Of a stretch of DNA of 12,816 nt, positions 7,325 to 12,816 are shown one piece after another. The translations under genes and the position numbers were made by a program. The stretch is from NCBI GenBank assembly GCA_051117555.1, contig JBNPEG010000103.1, forward strand, positions 1 to 12,816, in the 5' to 3' direction. Every line of letters starts with the position of its first letter. Within the stretch, counting starts at the first letter, position 1. Under the pieces are notes generated by a model. It saw nothing but the letters and a program-made list of their open reading frames with translations. It had not been told where the DNA came from and ran no database searches. The DNA is from Elainellaceae cyanobacterium (GTDB taxonomy: Bacteria > Cyanobacteriota > Cyanobacteriia > CAZCXK01).

Positions 7325-7510
7325 GGGGAAACCAAGCTGCTAGACAAACAGCTATAGCATCCAACGCTATCGGATTTGGGGATGGGAGTCAAGTCAAAAT
7401 GGCTACCAAACCTCAGCCATATCTGGATAGAATCGATGAATGACAGACCTGCACATGTTTGTAATGCAACGCCCAATCTCTGGCTCCTGTGGGGGTCGGG
7501 CGATCGCTCC

Positions 7511-7590
7511 TTGGTTGTCTCTAGTTGTCTCTAGTTCTCTACCTTCCGCTTTCCGCCTTCCGTCTTCCGCCTTTCGCCTTCCGCCTTCCA
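7511..7590 (+). repeat. Short tandem repeats: 10-mer CTAGTTGTCT-like x3, then STRR heptamer TTCCGCC x6-7
   Basis: ttggttgtct ctagttgtct ctagttctct, then ttccgct ttccgcc ttccgtc ttccgcc tttcgcc ttccgcc (7544-7585). Confidence 0.85.
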
Positions 7591-7597
7591 TTTGCAA

Positions 7598-7603
7598 TAT
7601 AAT
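7598..7603 (+). promoter_or_regulatory. Candidate -10 box for the Uma2 gene
   Basis: Perfect TATAAT 70 bp upstream of ATG 7674, which has a GAGGAG RBS. No clear -35. Confidence 0.3.
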
Positions 7604-7673
7604 GACAGCAGTCTTAACAAATACATTCTGATATAGGACGAGCATTCCCAAAGCACCTATTGAGGAGCGTCAA

Positions 7674-8243
7674 ATGACCTCTGTTGCGCTAAACCTCAAA
7701 CCCATTACTCATTTATCTCGTGAGCAGTTTTATGCGCTGTGTCAAGCGAATCCAGACCTCAAGCTTGAACGATCTGCCCAAGGAGACTTGATCATCGTGT
7801 CACCCGTTGGAGGAACTGGAGGAAGCCAAGAAGCCGATTTGCCCATCGACTTAGGGCTCTGGAATCGCCACAACCAGTTGGGAAATGTATTTAGCTCCTC
7901 GACAATCTTCAGCCTGCCTAATGGATCTGACCGCTCTCCTGATGCAGCCTGGGTCAAGGGCGATCGCTGGGATGCCTTGACACCAGAACAACAACAAGGC
8001 TTTCCGCCCCTGTGTCCTGACTTTGTGATTGAATTGCGATCGCCTACCGATCGCCTAAAACTCCTACAAGAAAAGATGCAGGAATATATTGACAATGGGC
8101 TACGCCTTGGCTGGTTGATTGATCCGCAAAACAACCAAGTCGAAATTTATCGCCCCAATCAAGCCGTTGAAATTTTTCCATTCCCTGCTCAACTCTCAGG
8201 AGAAGACGTGCTGCCTGGTTTCTCATTAACCGTCGGAGGATGA
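7674..8243 (+). CDS. Uma2 family (DUF820) PD-(D/E)xK endonuclease
   Basis: 189 aa. QFYALCQANPDLKLERSAQGDLII, FSSSTIFSLPNGSDRSPDAAWV, PLCPDFVIELRSPTD, KMQEYIDNGLRLGWLIDP, LSGEDVLPGF. Confidence 0.95.
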   Translation: MTSVALNLKPITHLSREQFYALCQANPDLKLERSAQGDLIIVSPVGGTGGSQEADLPIDLGLWNRHNQLGNVFSSSTIFSLPNGSDRSPDAAWVKGDRWDALTPEQQQGFPPLCPDFVIELRSPTDRLKLLQEKMQEYIDNGLRLGWLIDPQNNQVEIYRPNQAVEIFPFPAQLSGEDVLPGFSLTVGG

Positions 8244-8304
8244 TTGGATTCTTTAACTATGAAATATTTAATAATTAAGTAATCATCCTTTCGGAGGTCA
8301 ATCG

Positions 8305-8541
8305 ATGCAGTTAACCATTCAGGCCATCTATGAGGAAGGTGTACTCAGACCAACTCACCCCATCGAATTGCCAGACGGCACCCAAGTTTTAATCGTGATT
8401 ACTACCCCTGAACCTATTTCCGTCTCTGATTCGGCAGGAATTTTAGCTGAAATCGCGAGTCTTCCTCAAACATCCCCCACTCAGGAGTTTTCCAACCGTA
8501 ATCATGATGAACAGCTTTATTCTGCTGAGGCAAATCCGTGA
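8305..8541 (+). CDS. DUF104/AF2212-like antitoxin
   Basis: 78 aa. TIQAIYEEGVLRP..PIELPDG..V motif, C-terminal FSNRNHDEQLY, GGAGG RBS and a GTGA overlap with the downstream PIN gene. Confidence 0.85.
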   Translation: MQLTIQAIYEEGVLRPTHPIELPDGTQVLIVITTPEPISVSDSAGILAEIASLPQTSPTQEFSNRNHDEQLYSAEANP

Positions 8542-8935
8542 TTTTTGTCGATACGGGTGCTTGGTTCGCCAGCGCTGTACCCTCTGATTCAGATCATTCA
8601 GCAGCTACACAGTGGCTGAAACAGAATGTCGAACCACTACTGACGACTGACTACATCATTGACGAGACATTGACATTGCTAAGAATGCGGCGGGAACAGC
8701 AGCGGGCGCTGGCGCTGGGGGAAGCCTTTTTCTCCGGACGGCTATCGAGCATCTATTACTTAACAGACGAGGATGTTCGCGCAACCTGGCAAATTTTTCG
8801 TCAGTTCTCCGATAAGAATTGGAGCTTTACCGATTGCGCTAGCAAGGGAGTTATCGAGAAGTTGAATATTTCCCAAGCCTTTGCTTTGATAATCATTTTC
8901 GTCAGTTTGGCTCTGTCAAGGTTGTGCCGGAATAG
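8538..8935 (+). pseudogene. vapC: VapC/PIN-domain toxin with a 1-bp frameshift near the 3' end
   Basis: MIFVDTGAW, TTDYIIDETLTLL, WSFTDCAS. Adding one T to the run at 8885-8887 restores the canonical ending QAFAFDNHFRQFGSVKVVPE-stop (TAG 8933-8935). As given, the frame reads on to 9131. Confidence 0.85.
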
Positions 8936-8960
8936 TTTTCCATGCTTTAGTCATCTAGTA

Positions 8961-8985
8961 GTAGGGTGCATCAATGACGCACCTA
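8961..8985. repeat. GTAG-type REP-like hairpin / possible terminator
   Basis: GTAGGGTGCATCAATGACGCACCTA followed by TTTTT, 25 bp after the restored vapC stop. Confidence 0.55.
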
Positions 8986-9044
8986 TTTTTAACGCAAGAG
9001 GCGATCGTTCTTATAGACATAAGCTGATTCTGGGTATGAACTGG

Positions 9045-9072
9045 GTAAGGGCGTTTGGCCAAACGCCCCTAC
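9045..9072. repeat. GTAG-type REP-like palindrome
   Basis: GTAAGGGCGTTTGGCCAAACGCCCCTAC, 28 nt, between the convergent vapC and WYL genes. Confidence 0.75.
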
Positions 9073-9132
9073 AGCCGTTATCTGCGATCGCCCTTTATTC
9101 TTCTAATGGGCAACGTCGGATTGCGCGGTGAC

Positions 9133-10299
9133 TTAGCCTTTGTAGAGTTGGACAACACCCAGCGCCGCTTTGTAATGACGTTCTGCCAGTTCGGGCGGGG
9201 TCAAGATTTTTGCAGCATTCATAAACCGATAAACCCATCGACAAAACTCATTGAGCGATCGCCCCGGCAATTCCACCGAATAATCAACGTAGGGATTATC
9301 TGGATTGCGCCCTTTGCGAATCACCTGCTTAGGATGACGACGCTCGCCCTCCACGATGAACGGCAGCGCAGGCGGAAAAAACCTCACCACAACATTGGTA
9401 AACTCAAGCGTTCCTGCTTTTTCAGCGGCTTGTTCGTCAGGTTTCCCCAAATAAAGCCCCCATCCTTGAGTCAGCAACTGATGGGCGATCGCCAATCGCT
9501 CCAACTGGGTAGACGTACTTCGCCCTGAGCCATCGAGAACCTTGATGAAATCTCTAAGGCGATCCATTCGCTCGACTTCAAAATGTCCATCATCAACGTA
9601 TTCATAGAGGAGATACCAAGCAATATCTGAATAGATGAGCTGAATGGGGTAGACTGCTAAATGCCCCGTGTTCATTGTGTCATAAGGTTCGCGCTGTCGA
9701 TAAATCTCAATCGGCTGCCCTTCAACAATTGCATCTTCAATGTCTTTTAGCCGATGAAACAAAGACGTGCGATACTGCCCCCGCTGCATCATTTCATCGG
9801 GGTCAGTGTGCACAATGACGCGGTTCAGGTGCGATCGCACGGGATAAAACAACTGCCCGTCGCTCTCCAGATTCAACCCCCGCAGCCGCAGTTCCAACCG
9901 TTCACACACTCGACGCGCTGATGGATCGCCTTGATGACGAGCCTGCGACAAAAGCGCCTGCACTGCTAATTGAAGCTCGTCGTAAGTTAATGCGCCAGTG
10001 CCAAGGTAATATCCCCAGCGATACATGCGCCGATCGAGGATGCCATACTGTCTCAACACTCTCAGATCTTTACGAATCGTCGAGATTGAGTAAGCCGGTA
10101 AGTCAATTCCACAGCGTTTTGCCGTATCTTGCAGGCGATCGCTTACTTCTTGAAGTGCTTGATGATGGTGTCCATCGGATAAATTCTCTGAGTCTGCACT
10201 CCCCACCCCTGGATACTGTATGAATGTGGCAATCAACAGTAGCAACCGCTCAAAAGACTGGCGATCGCTATAGGAATGAAGAATTGGCTTCTTAACCAT
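9133..10299 (-). CDS. CRISPR-associated WYL-domain transcriptional regulator (wHTH-WYL-WCX)
   Basis: 388 aa. FERLLLLI and wHTH YSISTIRKDLRVLRQYGIL..GYYLG; WYL core VYPIQLIYSDIAWYLLYE..ERMDRL; C-terminal HPKQ..EFCRWV.RF...AKILTPPEL. Divergent from cas10. Confidence 0.92.
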   Translation of the reverse strand: MVKKPILHSYSDRQSFERLLLLIATFIQYPGVGSADSENLSDGHHHQALQEVSDRLQDTAKRCGIDLPAYSISTIRKDLRVLRQYGILDRRMYRWGYYLGTGALTYDELQLAVQALLSQARHQGDPSARRVCERLELRLRGLNLESDGQLFYPVRSHLNRVIVHTDPDEMMQRGQYRTSLFHRLKDIEDAIVEGQPIEIYRQREPYDTMNTGHLAVYPIQLIYSDIAWYLLYEYVDDGHFEVERMDRLRDFIKVLDGSGRSTSTQLERLAIAHQLLTQGWGLYLGKPDEQAAEKAGTLEFTNVVVRFFPPALPFIVEGERRHPKQVIRKGRNPDNPYVDYSVELPGRSLNEFCRWVYRFMNAAKILTPPELAERHYKAALGVVQLYKG

Positions 10300-10324
10300 T
10301 TATCATTGATTTGTCAATTAAAAG

Positions 10325-10389
10325 AATCTATTCATGCTCCCTTACTAGAGCCTACAATCTATTCATAGGAATTAGGTTTGAATGATTCT
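10325..10389. promoter_or_regulatory. Candidate WYL operator: repeated AATCTATTCAT boxes
   Basis: Exact 11-bp direct repeat at 10325-10335 and 10356-10366, plus an inverted copy with a 1-nt deletion (TGAATGATTCT, 10379-10389), in the AT-rich WYL/cas10 intergenic region. Confidence 0.5.
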
Positions 10390-10512
10390 GGAGAATTACA
10401 AACAATATTTTCTTTTTAATGACTTTTATTGAGATCCCCTGTTAGATTAATCATCGATCGGACTAAGGTGAAGAGACTTTTGCCATCCATGGCCCTATGG
10501 AAGGAAATCATC

Positions 10513-12753
10513 GTGTCAAACGCATTCTGGCAAGCAAAAATTTGGGGACTACTGCATGACCCTCTGCTCAAGCCTTCTCGTGAAGACGAAGATGAATACC
10601 TCAGACTTTCACAGGGTCAACACTCCTCAGACTGGCTCAAACAGGCAAGCTCTATCGCTTCAGCTAGCGATCGCGCCCTGTTTGACTTAATACCTGGTCA
10701 GCCTGACCCCGATCGTTCGGTTACGGTGAGTCATTTGCTATCTGGTGAATCCTTGCCCCTTAGCTACAACTGGCAGGCTGTGATGCAGTTGCATAGTCAA
10801 ATTGAATCAGCAATCACAGAGCACAGTCCTCTTAAATCTGTTATTCCACCAGAAACATCCCCTGTTAGCGATCTGAAGCAACAATTTTGGTGGCTGTGGC
10901 GATGCTTACCAGAAGTCATTGCTCAAACTGACTCTGCTCAATTACTGACGCCAGCAACCCACATTTTGCCAGATGTTTCAATTTGGAGTCAGGCCAGTCT
11001 TACGGCAGCTATGGCGGGAACCTTGGCTGAGTACAGCGATACGTCAGAGAGCAATAGTGGCGATCGCCCCTACCTGACGGTCTTCAGCTTCACTCCTGTG
11101 CAAGAGCTAATCAAAGCCAGTCGCAAAATGCGCGACTTTTGGGCGGGTTCTTGGGTACTTCATTATCTCTCAGCCAAAGTTTGTTGGAAGTTAGCCCAAC
11201 AGTATGGCCCAGATAGCTTGATATATCCCAGTCTGTTTCAACAGCCATTGATCGATCACTGGGTGCTAGAAGAGTGGGATAGCTTCGGTGAATGGATTAT
11301 GCCCAAAGATCAGCCAAAATCGCTGCGGTATCGCAAACTGCTCACTGCTGGGTTTCCTAATGTAATTGTGCTGCTATTGCCCCAAGGAAAAGTCAAAGCA
11401 GCAATGCAAACCGCTCGCCAAACTCTAAATGAGGAGTGGCTTAGCTTAGGAGAAGAGGTATTTGCAGAATTACATGATCAACAGCAATGGATGCCTAGCC
11501 TTGAAGCGGACAATCGTACCTGGAAAGGCTGGCTGAGGTCTCAGTGGCAGCCCTATTGGACTGCTTTACCCGTCGGTCACTCCGAGACAGATTATTTATC
11601 TATAGAAGCTACAAGTGATGAATTCGAGTCGTGGTTAAACAATCAAAACTTTGCGTGCAATCTTAAAAAAGAAGATCACCAGCTCTTTGCTCAAGAAGAG
11701 AACTCTTTACTTAAAGCAGTTTTGGTCAGTCAGTCCGGTATAGATCAAGGTGGTACTGTTACGGTCAATGCGGGTTCTTGGTGTCCCTATCTTTTTGACC
11801 AACTCCGCTTCAGTCTTAGCTCGGTCAAAAGTGCTCGGGTTTGGAAGTTGCCTACAGCATTTGGTCCCCATTCTACTATCTCAGGATTTGGCCCTGTTGT
11901 ATATCCTCATGACAAGCAGAAGCGAATCACTGAAACCGATGCTAGCCAATTTTGGGGAAATCAGTGGGAAGCAGATCTTAGTGATGCTGCACAGCCACAC
12001 GACCGTGCAGGACTATTTGATGGTCGAGAGCAACTCAATGCCAGCGAAACTCTGAAGAGAGGACTACATAAGATTCTACACCGCAAGAAAGTCCTCAATA
12101 TTGAAGATCGCGACCTTAAGAAAGATGCGATCGCAGCAGCATATCCCGATCTCACTGCTGGCATTGCAGGTTATCTCAAAACCTACAAAGCATTTGAGGA
12201 TCAACAGGAAAATAGTGCACAGGTGCCCCGTAAGCAGCATTTCGTCCAGGTTTGCAACAGAATTGTTGAGACGCATTCTTGGGCTGAAAAAGTAGCCGAG
12301 GAAATGCGAAAGAAATGGGGTATTCCCTGGATAGACGACAATTCTGAACCTAAAAAATACCATTCTCGATTTCTGAACCCTGGTTGGCTGGTAGAGGATG
12401 CCATTACACCCAAACTCACTGAACTTAGGCAATCACTCAAACACGCTATTCTTTCTGAAGACGCAACTCAGATAAAGCATTTTAGGCAGGAAATCACGCG
12501 CCAAAAAGTGGAATATCGCGAAGACATTCGTAGCATCATCGCCGATTACTATCCCAACAACAACCCCGCCGATTGGTATGTTCTAGCCGCCGGAGACGGC
12601 GATGGGATGCGCCGCTGGCTCAAGGGTACACCCCTAGAACACTACAAGGATTACATGCCGTATGATGCAGAGCTGCCTGAGCCAATCCATAGGGAGCACG
12701 TCACTTTCTACGTAAAAAAATACTGGTCAGGAGAGAGGTCGTCATTCAGATAA
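10513..12753 (+). pseudogene. cas10: Type III-B Cas10/Cmr2, interrupted by an IS at ~12691 (5' fragment)
   Basis: Probable GTG start at 10513 after AAGGA. Motifs WQAKIWGLLHDP, IASASDR, FSFTPVQELIKASRKMRDFWAGSWVLHYLS, AGFPN, QLNASETLKR, WYVLAAGDGDGM. There is no GGDD motif, and the last ~20 codons are IS-derived. Confidence 0.92.
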
Positions 12754-12816
12754 GCGCAACGGTGAGCCAAAACTTGTGGAACCCGTTCCGCTTCCCAGGA
12801 AGCCCCGGCGAGCTTG
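12692..12816 (-). mobile_element. Right end of ISKra4-family (IS256-related) insertion sequence
   Basis: Candidate terminal IR GGGAGCACGTCACTTTCT from 12692, abutting the transposase stop codon. Cas10-like sequence ends here. Confidence 0.8.
12708..12816 (-). CDS. C-terminus of ISKra4-family transposase (partial)
   Basis: The minus strand reads KLAGASWEAERVPQVLAHRCAYLNDDLSPDQYFFT-stop, matching the recalled cyanobacterial ISKra4 C-terminal motif K.SGA.W....VPQVL.HRCAYLN. It is absent from the ORF track. Confidence 0.85.
   Translation of the reverse strand, partial: KLAGASWEAERVPQVLAHRCAYLNDDLSPDQYFFT

Noticed and set aside
8538..9131. 197-aa full-length PIN protein from the ORF track
   Set aside because: The last ~80 codons are frameshift read-through across REP-containing intergenic DNA; the native stop is at 8933-8935.
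329..12134. Abundant GCGATCGC palindromes as a novel repeat
   Set aside because: This is the well-known cyanobacterial HIP1 octamer, useful only as a taxonomic signal.
197..12440. Remaining short track ORFs overlapping the major genes (e.g. 2086-2364, 4350-4697, 7742-8134, 9055-9528, 12076-12432)
   Set aside because: Antisense or alternate-frame shadows of well-supported genes, with no recognisable motifs.
10429..12753. Complete 774-aa Cas10 starting at TTG 10429
   Set aside because: Family similarity starts at GTG 10513, which has an RBS. The C-terminus is IS-derived and lacks GGDD.

Overview
Cyanobacterial DNA (more than 25 HIP1 GCGATCGC octamers counted by eye) forming an accessory/defence region with an IS at each end. 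From left to right: the start of an ISAzo13-like transposase; a minus-strand operon of sigma-70-like factor, DUF1822 protein and membrane CHAT(caspase-like)-CHASE2 protein, with a divergent small secreted Cys-repeat protein; cas6 with a C-terminal HTH; an intergenic zone with a lone CRISPR-repeat-like hairpin and a 21-bp tandem array; a small conserved cyanobacterial gene with a highly structured leader (uORF, sequestered RBSs, candidate cis-antisense sRNA); a Uma2 nuclease; a DUF104/VapC pair with a frameshifted toxin; a WYL regulator; and a divergent type III-B cas10/cmr2 cut before its GGDD motif by an ISKra4-family element. No true CRISPR array is present. The best candidates for new biology are the antisense-RNA/uORF module at 6859-7327 and the sigma/DUF1822/CHAT-CHASE2/secreted-protein cassette. 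All family assignments come from motif recognition by eye; no searches were run.
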